Below are positions 63,863-64,000 of a DNA stretch of 64,000 nucleotides, piece by piece. The position numbers and the translations under genes are program-made. The notes below the pieces were generated by a model. It was not told the origin of the DNA. It saw only the letters and a program-made list of their open reading frames with translations, and searched no databases. Source of the stretch: Podarcis tiliguerta. Taxonomy: Eukaryota. The DNA is taken from NCBI GenBank assembly GCA_965153285.1, contig OZ229129.1; one strand, 5' to 3'. How positions within the stretch are numbered: position 1 is the stretch's first letter; the number at the start of each line of letters is the position of its first letter.

Positions 63863-64000
63863 ATTTGCTAGCCCCTAAACCTCTTGGGCATGGGTGGTCA
63901 GTTGAATTATGCATGAAAAATATTGTTAGGTTCTGTTGATGTCATGAAAGCCCTCAAGGGGTAATATATCCCTCCAGGCACAGGCACCAGGGAAAGCCTA

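Overview
Eukaryotic (squamate reptile, most likely lacertid lizard) genomic DNA. The only host protein-coding gene I can support is the 5' part of PAK3 (p21-activated kinase 3) on the minus strand. Eight constitutive coding exons (21441-21612, 15368-15468, 9316-9469, 7352-7389, 5636-5767, 4685-4847, 1439-1502, 79-127; 873 nt, 291 codons) have GT-AG boundaries and consistent phases. The 45-nt alternative exon b (10594-10638) is also present. The kinase domain continues beyond the left edge of the window. The ~42 kb to the right of the start codon is probably 5'UTR intron or upstream sequence and is packed with mobile elements: Tc1/mariner (Tigger/pogo-like and Tc2-like) MITEs, hAT- and Harbinger-like MITEs, Sauria-type and other tRNA SINEs, CR1/L2/L1/RTE LINE remnants and two solo LTRs. 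Repeat family names come from recognition of termini, TSDs and motifs, not from a database search. The most interesting leads are (i) a TSD-flanked solo LTR whose U3 is one 207-codon acidic/SP/basic reading frame, with a second, decayed LTR in the same register; (ii) an 86-codon ATG ORF in frame with PAK3 and separated from it by a single TGA; (iii) a candidate 5'UTR exon that would create uORFs at the PAK3 start; and (iv) a MITE family with fixed ends and variable fold-back cargo. I found no evidence for a wholly new multi-gene system. These leads are hypotheses.
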